From a bacterium (GTDB lineage Bacteria; Patescibacteriota; Minisyncoccia; Phycocordibacterales; UBA6899): a stretch of 64,000 nucleotides of DNA. The notes under the pieces were generated by a model. It was not told the origin of the DNA. It saw only the letters and a program-made list of their open reading frames with translations, and made no database searches. The stretch is from assembly GCA_043744555.1 (NCBI GenBank), contig JAYTUL010000042.1, positions 5,854 to 69,853 on the forward strand. The letters run 5' to 3'. The stretch's first letter is position 1. The number at the start of each line of letters is the position of its first letter. Shown one piece after another: positions 39,832-49,500 of the stretch. The position numbers and the translations under genes were made by a program.

Positions 39832-40392
39832 ATGGAAGAAGAACAAACAACAACCCCTAAGGCATCTCCAACGCGACAGTGGTACGCCATTCACACCTAC
39901 TCAGGCTATGAGAATGCGGTCGTGCGCAATTTGAAGCAGCGCATAGAGTCGCTTGGCATGGAAGACAAGATCTTCGAAGTCGTCGTTCCTAAGGAGAAGA
40001 AGATAAAGATGAAGGCAGGTAAACGCGCCGAAATCGAAGAAGAGATCTACCCAGGCTACGTACTTGTGAATATGATCTACGATCCTGATTCTTGGTATGT
40101 TGTGCGCAACACACCTCGTGTTACTGGCTTTGTCGGTGCAGGCGTCGTGCCCGTACCGCTAGACCAGAAGGAGATAGACTCACTCTTTGCACGTATGGGT
40201 TCGAAGAATGTGAAGCACACTATCGATCTTGCCGTAGGCGAGTCGGTCATCATCACTGACGGCCCGTTCAAGGAGCTTGAAGGGCGTGTCGGTGAAGTTG
40301 ATGAGGACCGCGGTCGTGTGAAGGTCATGGTTCCTATGTTCGGCCGCGAAACGCCTGTAGAGCTAGACTTCCTCCAGATCAAAAAGATCTAG
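39832..40392 (+). CDS. nusG: Transcription termination/antitermination factor NusG
   Basis: WYAIHTYSGYE, YPGYVLV, VRNTPRVTGFVG, KOW motif, FGRETPVEL. Confidence 0.97.
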   Translation: MEEEQTTTPKASPTRQWYAIHTYSGYENAVVRNLKQRIESLGMEDKIFEVVVPKEKKIKMKAGKRAEIEEEIYPGYVLVNMIYDPDSWYVVRNTPRVTGFVGAGVVPVPLDQKEIDSLFARMGSKNVKHTIDLAVGESVIITDGPFKELEGRVGEVDEDRGRVKVMVPMFGRETPVELDFLQIKKI

Positions 40393-40594
40393 AGCTCTCG
40401 TTGTCACATCCCTCACCTTTTCTTTGGAAGGTTTGGTGGTACGAAGCAGTAAAAATACTAACATCTTGCGGAATAGATAAATATTCAGTAATATCATCCT
40501 ATTGGAATGTGGATAAATATCCATGGCTACTCGTTCCATCAGCGCAGTAAGGCTTCTACTTACCGCTCGATAATCATTCATCTTAAAACTATAT

Positions 40595-41017
40595 ATGGCT
40601 AAAAAAATAACAAAAAAATTAAAGCTCCAGATACCGGGCGGTAAAGCTACTCCTGCTCCTCCCGTAGGTCCTGCCTTAGGTCAGGCGGGTATCAATATTG
40701 GTGACTTCGTACAGAAGTTCAATGCCGCAACTGCATCGCAGATGGGTGAGATCATCCCTGTTGAGATCTCGGTCTACGATGATCGTAGTTTTACCTTCAT
40801 CACCAAGGTCACTCCAGTTTCTCGCCTTATTTTAAAGGCACTCGGAAAGGACAAGGGTGCAAATAAACCGGGGTCCCAGAAGATGGATGCGATCACAAGC
40901 GACCAGATCCGCCAAATAGCTGAGAAGAAGATGCCTGATCTGAACGCCGCTTCGATAGAAGCTGCTATGAAGACAGTGGCAGGCACTGCACGCTCGATGG
41001 GGATAAAGGTGCTTTGA
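40595..41017 (+). CDS. rplK: 50S ribosomal protein L11
   Basis: [29 protein letters not shown]. Confidence 0.97.
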   Translation: MAKKITKKLKLQIPGGKATPAPPVGPALGQAGINIGDFVQKFNAATASQMGEIIPVEISVYDDRSFTFITKVTPVSRLILKALGKDKGANKPGSQKMDAITSDQIRQIAEKKMPDLNAASIEAAMKTVAGTARSMGIKVL

Positions 41018-41058
41018 ATAGCACCTTTATCGACCTTTTCAGGATTTTCACGAACGTA

Positions 41059-41382
41059 GTGAGATGAAAAGCCGAAAAGGTGTTGAAACAAGACAAGTTA
41101 AATGTTTCAAGGTCGGAGCGCGGCGGCGCGAGATGGGGTCGCGGAAATTTTCAGAAGAAAATTATCCGTGACCAGCTCCTGTAAGGAGTTAAGGTGAAAG
41201 ACTAATTCAAACTTCCAAATTTGCCGCACTACACCACGGAGAGTACTTCCAAATTTCAGTACTCGAGGACTCGATGGAATTTTAGGTCGCCCGTCCTTCC
41301 TAATTTTGGATTCGGGGAACGTATCAGACATACGTCCCCTCGAATACCAAAACAGTTCAGAACTTCGTATTGCTTCGAAAAT
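41059..41382 (+). repeat. Stack of hairpins including palindromic element copy C
   Basis: GGTCGCGGAAATTTTC/GAAAATTATCCGTGACC stem; ACACCAC..AGAGTACTTCCAA and TTTAGGTCGC shared with 38718-38772; CCGTCCTTCC-[hairpin]-CAGTTCAGAACTTCG core. Confidence 0.7.
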
Positions 41383-41408
41383 AAACCCTTTGCGTGAATT
41401 TTAAACTT

Positions 41409-41438
41409 AAAACAGGCCACTCGGTCTGTTTTTTGTTT
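41409..41438 (+). terminator. Intrinsic terminator after the rplK region
   Basis: AAAACAGGCC-actc-GGTCTGTTTTTTGTTT. Confidence 0.65.
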
Positions 41439-41788
41439 AGGGGTAATTAATGGGGAATCAAAAGTCCTACATCTATCGTAGGACTTTAATTAATGTGCTG
41501 CATGTCAGGGGCTTAGCTGCGGTTGACGGCACGGCTCTCGGAGGCAACGAGGAGAAGCTTTGCGATGCTTTTTTTACTCGCGGAAGTGAGCGTGGACAGC
41601 GGGTTTCTGGACGAGAATGACGGTTGCGGCGATCGCACCAAGTGCGAAAATCAAAAGCGATTTCATGGCGTGCTCCTTTTGTATCAAAAATGTCTCTCCT
41701 TAGGCTATACCTCCTACATATTAGGATCAAGAATGTTTTCCTCGTCGAGACGATTGAGTAGTATTAGGCGCATGCTATACTCAAAAAT

Positions 41789-42298
41789 ATGAACGAGAAA
41801 AACACCCACCAGCGCCCTTCATGGGACGAGTATTTTATGCAGATTGCCGAGCTTGTCGGCAGCCGTGCTACGTGTGACCGCGGGCGAGCGGGAAGTGTCG
41901 TAACCCGCGATAAGCGAATTCTAACCACTGGCTATGTAGGCGCTCCGGCAGGGGTCAAAGACTGCGATGAATCAGGGCATGAGCTCCACATGGTAGAGCA
42001 TCCAGACGGAACGAAGTCGCAGCATTGCGTGCGGGGTACGCACTCAGAGCAGAATGTTATCGTGCAGGCTGCACGCATAGGCGTGTCGCTCAATGGCGGA
42101 ACACTCTATACGCACATGGCTCCCTGCTACGCGTGTGCAAAGATGATCATCAACGCAGGCATCATTCGTATTGTCGCAGGCAAAGACTATCATGGCGCAG
42201 CACGCAGCAAAGAGATATTTCACGAAGCAGGAGTGAAGTTCGAATTGCTATCGAAAGAAATGGAAACTTATCCGGATATGGATGCTGTAGAAGAATAA
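41789..42298 (+). CDS. dCMP deaminase (ComEB-like)
   Basis: RPSWDEYFM, RATCDR, HSEQN, PCYACAKMIINAGI. Confidence 0.92.
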   Translation: MNEKNTHQRPSWDEYFMQIAELVGSRATCDRGRAGSVVTRDKRILTTGYVGAPAGVKDCDESGHELHMVEHPDGTKSQHCVRGTHSEQNVIVQAARIGVSLNGGTLYTHMAPCYACAKMIINAGIIRIVAGKDYHGAARSKEIFHEAGVKFELLSKEMETYPDMDAVEE

Positions 42299-42315
42299 AT
42301 TTTTTTAAGATCGCT

Positions 42316-42870
42316 ATGAAAAAACTCATACTTGGATTTACTGGCGAGATGGCAAGCGGCAAGGGAACCTGCGCGGCATATCTGAAGGAAAAATATAATG
42401 CCGAAACGTTTCGTTTTTCAACAGCACTCTTTGATGTTGCGCATCGTATGCACCTAAAGGATGATCGCGACACACTCCAGAAGATATCGACATTTTTCCG
42501 CAAAGAGTTCGGTGAAGATACGCTCGCTAAGGTCATGTTTCAGGATGCAAAAGGCGCACAAGCAGAACTCGTCGTCATCGACGGCGTGCGACGCCTTGAA
42601 GATGTGAAGTATCTGCGTGAGCTGCCGGAATTCAAGCTTGTATTCTTAAGCGCTCCCATTCGCACGCGCTACGAGCGCATGGTCAAGCGTGGTGAGAAAG
42701 CCGACGATAGTACGAAGACCTACCATGAATTCGAGGCAGATCACAAGCGTGAGAGCGAGCTCGAGATAACGAAACTCGAAGCCTTTGCACAAGAGGTCAT
42801 CGACAATAGCGGCACGATGCCCGAGCTTCAGGCTGCGCTTGACACCATCATCAAGAAATACGGTGAATAA
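42316..42870 (+). CDS. P-loop nucleoside monophosphate kinase (dephospho-CoA kinase-like)
   Basis: GFTGEMASGKGT, VIDGVRR, IDNSGT. Confidence 0.85.
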   Translation: MKKLILGFTGEMASGKGTCAAYLKEKYNAETFRFSTALFDVAHRMHLKDDRDTLQKISTFFRKEFGEDTLAKVMFQDAKGAQAELVVIDGVRRLEDVKYLRELPEFKLVFLSAPIRTRYERMVKRGEKADDSTKTYHEFEADHKRESELEITKLEAFAQEVIDNSGTMPELQAALDTIIKKYGE

Positions 42871-42929
42871 GCTCACCTCTCTCGTGTGGGGTATTTATGA
42901 TATAAAACTGTAAAGAAGTTCTACGAAGG

Positions 42930-43652
42930 ATGTATATGGATAAACAAGCGGACAAAAAAGGAATCCTTGCCGTCATCGATGGCGTCGATGGTTCAGGAAA
43001 AGGCACGCACACAAACATGCTTGTAGAGCGCCTGCAAAAGGAAGGCCGCGATGTGGTCATGATGGATTTTCCTCGCTACGGAATGCCCTCAGCGCTTTTC
43101 ATTGAGCGCTACCTGCGCGGCGAAATGGGCACCGCTCTCGAAGTCGGACCATATCGCGCATCAGTCTATTATGCAGAAGATAGAGCAGATGCCGCCCCCG
43201 AGATAAAAGCAGCACTCGCGCGCGGCGCAATCGTGCTTTGTAATCGCTACGTTTCCTCGAACATGGGGCACCAGGCAGGGAAAATTGCAGACAGAGTTGA
43301 GCGCGAGCGCTTTCTCCTGTGGCTCAAGGAGTATGAATACGAAGTGCGCGGGATCCCGATTCCTGACATCAATATTCTTCTTTACGTGACTCCTGAGATG
43401 GGTCAAATACTTGTCGACAACAAATCTGCCCGTGCCTACACCCAAGGCATGAAGCGCGATATCCACGAAGCAGATATCGAGCATCTGCGACACTCATCAG
43501 AGGCTTATCTTGAGGTGGCTCGCAAAGAAAACTGGAAGATCATCAGTCTTATGGATGGTGACGACGCGCTTCGGGATAAGGCAGACGTACATGAGGAGAT
43601 ATACGCATATCTGCGATCTGTAAGTGCAATTTATGGTCTACAAAAGACCTAA
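42930..43652 (+). CDS. tmk: Thymidylate kinase
   Basis: DGVDGSGKGT, DFPRY, NRYVSSNMGHQ. Confidence 0.9.
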   Translation: MYMDKQADKKGILAVIDGVDGSGKGTHTNMLVERLQKEGRDVVMMDFPRYGMPSALFIERYLRGEMGTALEVGPYRASVYYAEDRADAAPEIKAALARGAIVLCNRYVSSNMGHQAGKIADRVERERFLLWLKEYEYEVRGIPIPDINILLYVTPEMGQILVDNKSARAYTQGMKRDIHEADIEHLRHSSEAYLEVARKENWKIISLMDGDDALRDKADVHEEIYAYLRSVSAIYGLQKT

Positions 43653-43729
43653 AAATCGCTCGACAAGTGTTGATCGATTTGTTTTTGTCATCGGCTTTTA
43701 TTTCAAGGCCCGTATGTTACTATCTGTTT

Positions 43730-45520
43730 ATGATAGAGATAGAAGAAAAATTAGCAGAGCTTATCGAGCGCGCGCTTGACGAGCTTGGGGTTATGAATGC
43801 AAAAGTGTCCTTGGAGCATCCCGCAGAAATCGCGCACGGTGATTATGCCACCAACGTAGCGATGGTGGCGGCAAAGGCTGCCGGCAAAAATCCTCGTGCG
43901 CTCGCCGAGGAAATTGTCGCCAAACTGAAAGAGGGGAACACTCTAGAAATCGCAGACGTCTCCATTGCTGGCCCTGGCTTCATTAACTTTAAACTTTCAA
44001 ATACATATTTTACGAATTGTTTAGATCAGAGTATCAAGGACGGTGCGGCATTTGGCAAAAACGATATACTTGCGAATGCGCGTGTCGTCGTCGAATACAC
44101 AGACCCCAATCCGTTCAAAGAATTTCATATCGGGCACCTTATGAGCAACACTATCGGTGAATCCATTTCTCGTCTCATCGAAGCCTCTGGTGCCGAAACA
44201 AAACGTGCCTGTTATCAAGGTGACGTAGGGCTGCATGTAGCAAAAGCGGTGTGGGGACTTCGAGTTTTAGTTACTGAGGCGGCTCAACGACTCGGAGAGA
44301 AATGGGACCTAAGTCTCTCTCTTGAAACAATGCTCGAAACATCTAAGTTTATTGATGAAAAAAAGTTAAAAGAGAATCTTTTGTTTGCTTATAGTTATGG
44401 TTCAAAACAATATGAGCTAGACGAAGTCGCAAAAAAAGAAATTCAAGAAATAAATAAGCAACTTTATACTCGTTCAGATGAAAGAATTAATGAGCTTTAT
44501 GATTGGGGTCGAAAGCAGTCACTTGAAGAGTTTGAAACTATCTATAAACGCCTCGGTACTAATCATAATAAAAAAGAAGGAAAGGCTTTTGATTTTTATT
44601 TCTTCGAGTCTAATACTGGTGAGTTCGGCAAGAAAGTTGTTGAAGAGCATAGAGATATATTTGAGACAAGCGAGGGTGCTGTGGTCTACAAAGGCGACGA
44701 GGCAAAAGGCCTGCACACGCGTGTGTTCATAAATAAAGAGGGGTTACCTACATATGAAGCAAAGGAGCTCGGACTTGCCAAGATAAAATACGACGCGTAT
44801 CCATATGACACGTCGATTATCATCACCGGCAATGAGGTGAATGATTATTTCAGGGTACTGCTCGATGCTATGGCAAAAGTATTCCCTCTGCTTGCCGCAA
44901 AGACCGAGCACTATTCTCATGGCATGCTGCGCTTGCCGACAGGCAAGATGTCCTCGCGCACAGGCGATGTCATTACCGCAGAGGCGCTCCTTGCTGATGT
45001 GAAGTCACGTGCGATAGCGAAGATTACAAAAGATGATTTTACTGAAGAAGAAAAATCTGACATTGGAGAGTTGGTCGCTATCGGTGCCATCAAATATAGT
45101 ATTTTACGCCAAGCTGGAGGCAAAGATATTATTTTTGATATCGAGCAGTCGCTCTCATTTGAGGGGGACTCAGGTCCTTATTTGCAGTACACATATGCAC
45201 GGACACGCTCGCTGCTTAAAAAGGCAGGCGAGAAGAAAGGGGATGCACAGAGAATGACTTCGGCGGAGGTCATTCCCCTCCATAAGTACATATTGCGATT
45301 CCCCGAGGTGGTATTGCGTGCACAACAGGCGCGAGAGCCGCACTTTGTTGCCACCTATCTTATTGAGATAGCCCGAGAATTTAATGCATTCTATGCCAAC
45401 AATCCGATATTAGACGGCTCTCCTGATGAGCCATACAAACTCGCCCTTGTGGAATCAGTATCACACATCCTTAAGTATGGACTTTGGTTGCTTGGTATCG
45501 AAGCACCAGATAGAATGTAA
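43730..45520 (+). CDS. argS: Arginine--tRNA ligase
   Basis: HGDYATN, GPGFINF, PNPFKEFHIGH, KMSSRTG, GDSGPYLQY. Start supported by TACTAT 6 nt upstream. Confidence 0.96.
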   Translation: MIEIEEKLAELIERALDELGVMNAKVSLEHPAEIAHGDYATNVAMVAAKAAGKNPRALAEEIVAKLKEGNTLEIADVSIAGPGFINFKLSNTYFTNCLDQSIKDGAAFGKNDILANARVVVEYTDPNPFKEFHIGHLMSNTIGESISRLIEASGAETKRACYQGDVGLHVAKAVWGLRVLVTEAAQRLGEKWDLSLSLETMLETSKFIDEKKLKENLLFAYSYGSKQYELDEVAKKEIQEINKQLYTRSDERINELYDWGRKQSLEEFETIYKRLGTNHNKKEGKAFDFYFFESNTGEFGKKVVEEHRDIFETSEGAVVYKGDEAKGLHTRVFINKEGLPTYEAKELGLAKIKYDAYPYDTSIIITGNEVNDYFRVLLDAMAKVFPLLAAKTEHYSHGMLRLPTGKMSSRTGDVITAEALLADVKSRAIAKITKDDFTEEEKSDIGELVAIGAIKYSILRQAGGKDIIFDIEQSLSFEGDSGPYLQYTYARTRSLLKKAGEKKGDAQRMTSAEVIPLHKYILRFPEVVLRAQQAREPHFVATYLIEIAREFNAFYANNPILDGSPDEPYKLALVESVSHILKYGLWLLGIEAPDRM

Positions 45521-45523
45521 CGT

Positions 45524-45793
45524 ATGGAGAACGAAACCAAACTGACACCAATGGTAAATGTATGGATGGTGGTTTTTTGTACGATGCTTGCCACCGGGCT
45601 GTTTGGCTTCATATGGCACACCATGGGCATGAGCGAGGCGCGCGACGCGGATGAGAAAGAATCGCTAGTTGTAAAAGAAGATATTGTCCGCCTCACCGTC
45701 TATCGCGACCAACTCAAGACCAAGATGGCGAGTACGAGCGCAACTACAACACAACAGTCAGCATCGTCTACCACTAATAGTGTTAAAAAATGA
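45524..45793 (+). CDS. Small single-TM hypothetical protein
   Basis: Starts 3 nt after the argS stop; one TM segment. Confidence 0.6.
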   Translation: MENETKLTPMVNVWMVVFCTMLATGLFGFIWHTMGMSEARDADEKESLVVKEDIVRLTVYRDQLKTKMASTSATTTQQSASSTTNSVKK

Positions 45794-45797
45794 TCAT

Positions 45798-46064
45798 ATG
45801 AGTCGAAAAGAAGTACTTCAACTGAATGGGCTAACAATACTTGTGGTCATTACCCTTATTGCGAACTTTCTTATCGTGGGATTTTTTTACCGTTTTCACA
45901 ACTACAATTTGTTCGTGCAAGAAAAAAAACATGGGGTGGAATACACTCAACATCTCAAGACGCAGCATGATCTCCATCAAGAAATTGCCAACATGGAGGG
46001 TGTAAAAACATGGAACGAAACAGGGTATATGCAGAATCTGAATATCGGCGAATTTGGAAAGTGA
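45798..46064 (+). CDS. Small single-TM hypothetical protein
   Basis: ATG 4 nt after the previous stop; one TM segment. Confidence 0.55.
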   Translation: MSRKEVLQLNGLTILVVITLIANFLIVGFFYRFHNYNLFVQEKKHGVEYTQHLKTQHDLHQEIANMEGVKTWNETGYMQNLNIGEFGK

Positions 46065-46536
46065 TCACGCGGATGAGTCCGTCTCGCAGGTGGGGTTTGT
46101 TTGGGTCATGTTGCCCGACCTTGAACGGTTTGATTCATTTCTTGAGCCATACCCAGATTGTGTGGTGGTAGAACATCAGGAGATATTCTGGTCTTTTGAG
46201 GACTGCGCTCCAAGAGAAAGAATAGAAAAACGAACGGGAGCCATGCGAGATACATCTCGCCGTTTTGGATCGTTTTTATTGACCAAACGAACGAGAGGCC
46301 GAATATGAGCGCGAAGACAAGACTGCAAGCAAAGAGCAGAGCGTGATGCCCCGAAAGAAATTACCCCAGGCGCCTTCCAAGGGCGCTGATGCGTTTTTGT
46401 AACATACGCTTCTCCTTAAAAGAAAATGAGCGAAACTCTCTTTGCGAATAATACCGTAAAATAAAGCCTTTTCTAATTTCCGCTTTCGAGAAATATAGTG
46501 CGAAATTAAGCGACTCAGTGTAGTATAATCGCTACT

Positions 46537-49500
46537 ATGGACAACAATGAAGACAAGAAAATGGGCAATGCCCGTGCAGGGAAAGATGGAGAGATGAGCG
46601 TATCAGCGCGCGAAGAAGCTATACAGAAATTCTGGAAAGACAATTCTATCTTCGAGAAAACCCTTGATGCCAATAAAGACAAGGAGCCATATGTCTTCTA
46701 TGACGGCCCGCCGTTTGCAACCGGACTTCCGCACTACGGCCATCTGCTTGCAGGCACTATTAAAGACGTCGTGCCACGCTTTCAAACCATGCGAGGTCGC
46801 TACGTCCGCCGCGAGTGGGGCTGGGATTGTCACGGACTGCCTATCGAGAACCTCATCGAGAAAGAGTTGGGATTTAAGACTAAGAAGGACATCGAGGAGT
46901 ACGGCATCGAGAACTTCAATCAAAAAGCGCGCGAAAGCGTGCTGACGTACGACAAAGAGTGGCGCTCGATAGTCGAGCGCATGGGTCGCTTTGTCGACAT
47001 GGACAAAGGATACAAGACCATGGACGCCACTTATACCGACTCCATCTGGTGGGCATTCAAAACCCTTCACGACAAGAAGCTCATCTATGAGGGATTCAAG
47101 TCGATGCACGTCTGCCCGCGCTGCGAGACAACTCTCGCCATATCTGAGGTAGGTATGAACTATAAAGATGTGAAAGATATTTCCGTCTATGTAAAATTCG
47201 AACTTGTCGATGAACCGAATACGTTTCTCGTCGCGTGGACTACGACACCTTGGACCCTTCCGGGTAATGTTGCACTTGCGATCGGTGCTGATATTGAATA
47301 CGTAAAAGTGAGTGCAACCCCGAGCGTTGCAGTAAATAATAAAAGGTCTGACGGATCGTATCATGAGCCTGAACGCTGGGAAGAATTTTATATATTCGCC
47401 AAAGCTCGCCTTGAACCGATGCAGATGTTGGCGCAAAAAGAGGGGAAGGATATGGAAGTTGTTGGTACTTTCAAAGGCTCCGATCTAGTTGGGAAGTCAT
47501 ACAAGCCGCTGTTTGATTATTATGCTGCAGATGAAAAGCTCGAGAATCGCGAGAATGGCTGGAAAATTTATGCGGCGGATTTTGTGACCGCAGAAGATGG
47601 TACGGGTATTGCGCATGAGGCACCCGCATTTGGTGAAGTCGACATGGAGCTCGGAAAAAAGATGAAACTTCCATTCATTCAGCATGTGAGTATGAATGGC
47701 GAGATCAAGCCTGAAGTAAAAGAATTTGCAGGATTATCGGTAAAACCCAAGTCCGATGATGACAAGGTCCGTCTTGGTACTGATATAGCAGTGCTTAAGT
47801 ATTTGCAAGAACATGGACTGTTCTTCGCAAAGGAAAATATCAACCATTCCTATCCGCACTGTTGGCGCTGTGACACCCCACTCTTGAATTACGCTGCCTC
47901 CTCGTGGTTCGTTGACGTTATCAAACTCAAACCGCGCTTGTTAGAGGAGAACAAAGAGATTTCGTGGATACCCGAGCACATGGGTGAAGGTCGCTTTGGC
48001 AAGTGGCTCGAGGGCGCGCGTGACTGGGCGATATCACGAACCCGCTACTGGGGTGCCCCTATTCCGGTTTGGAAATGCAACAAATGCGCAAAGACCGAGG
48101 TCATAGGTAGTTCCGAAGAGTTGAAGAGTAAACTAACTTCAGGCAATACCTATTTTGTCATGCGCCATGGTGAGTCCGAGAGTAATGTGAAAGGCATCGT
48201 CAGCTATAAGCCGGAAGATCCGTTCCCGCTTACTGGGAAGGGCGAAGGTGAGGTCAAAGCTACCGCCAAGAAACTAGAAGCGCTCCTCAAGAGCCAAGAA
48301 AAGAGCATAGACTTCATCATCGCCTCGCCGGTGCTCCGGACCAAGCAGACCGCACTTCTCGTCTCAGAAGCACTAGGGCTTTCGCGCGAGCAGGTCATCT
48401 TTGACGAACGCATCGCCGAAGTGAATACTGGCGAGTTCAATGGCTGCTCGATAGAAGACTATCGTAGTCAATTTTCCGATACGCTTGAGAAATTTTACAA
48501 ACGTCCACCGAATGGTGAGACCCTTGAAGAGATGAAATCACGCATCGCAGCGTTTCTTTACGATGTAGATGCCAAGTATAAAGGCAAGACCATTCTCTTC
48601 GTTACACATGAGTACTGTGTGTGGATGATGCAGGCGGCGGCGCGAGGTGCGACCAACGAGGAGGCTTCACGAATGCGTGAGGTGAGCGAGGAAGATTTTA
48701 TCCTGACTGGTGAATCTCGCGAATTCCACTTCGCTCCGCTCTCGCACAATCGTAGATACGAGCTTGATTTTCACCGTCCCTTTGTCGATGTGCAAACGAC
48801 GTACCAATGTAGCTGCGGCTTAGGCACGATGACGCGCGTTTCTGACGTCTTCGACTGTTGGTTCGAGTCAGGAGCGATGCCGTTCGCACAGTTCCACTAC
48901 ATGGGTGACGAGCGCACAGAAGACGGCAAGCATTTCATCAAAAATTTCCCTGCGGACTTTATTGCTGAAGGAATAGATCAAACGCGCGGATGGTTCTACA
49001 CACTCCTTATCCTTTCCACCGGCCTTTTTGACCGCTCGCCCTACAAGAGCGTCATAGTCAATGGCTTGATCCTCGCTGAAGACGGGCAAAAGATGTCCAA
49101 GAAACTTAAAAACTATCCTGACCCGATGGAAGTGGTGGCAAAGTATGGTGCAGACGCACTCCGCTACTACTTGCTGTCTTCACCTGCGGTACGCGGAGAA
49201 GAATTACGCTTCGTCACAGCAGGTGTCGATGAGGTATTCAAAAAGATAACTCTACGTATTGGAAATGTCCGCTCGTTCTATGAGATGTACCAAGGACAGG
49301 AGCCAATTTCGCGCGAATCACCCAAGAGTACGAATGTGCTCGATCAGTGGATCCTTGCGCGTTTCCTTGAGGCGCATGCAGAGATAACGCATTTCCTCGA
49401 TAATCACGAGCTCGACCGTGCAGCTCGCCCCGTACTTCCGTTTGTTGACGACCTTTCTACGTGGTATCTGCGCCGCTCACGTGATCGCTTCAAGAATCAA

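Noticed and set aside
42025-42315. N-terminal extension of the kinase ORF overlapping dCMP deaminase
   Set aside because: Shadow frame; the P-loop protein starts naturally at ATG 42316.
46300-46536. T-box riboswitch upstream of ileS
   Set aside because: No GGTGGnACCGCG T-box motif, and a -10 box 7 nt before the ATG suggests a leaderless transcript.
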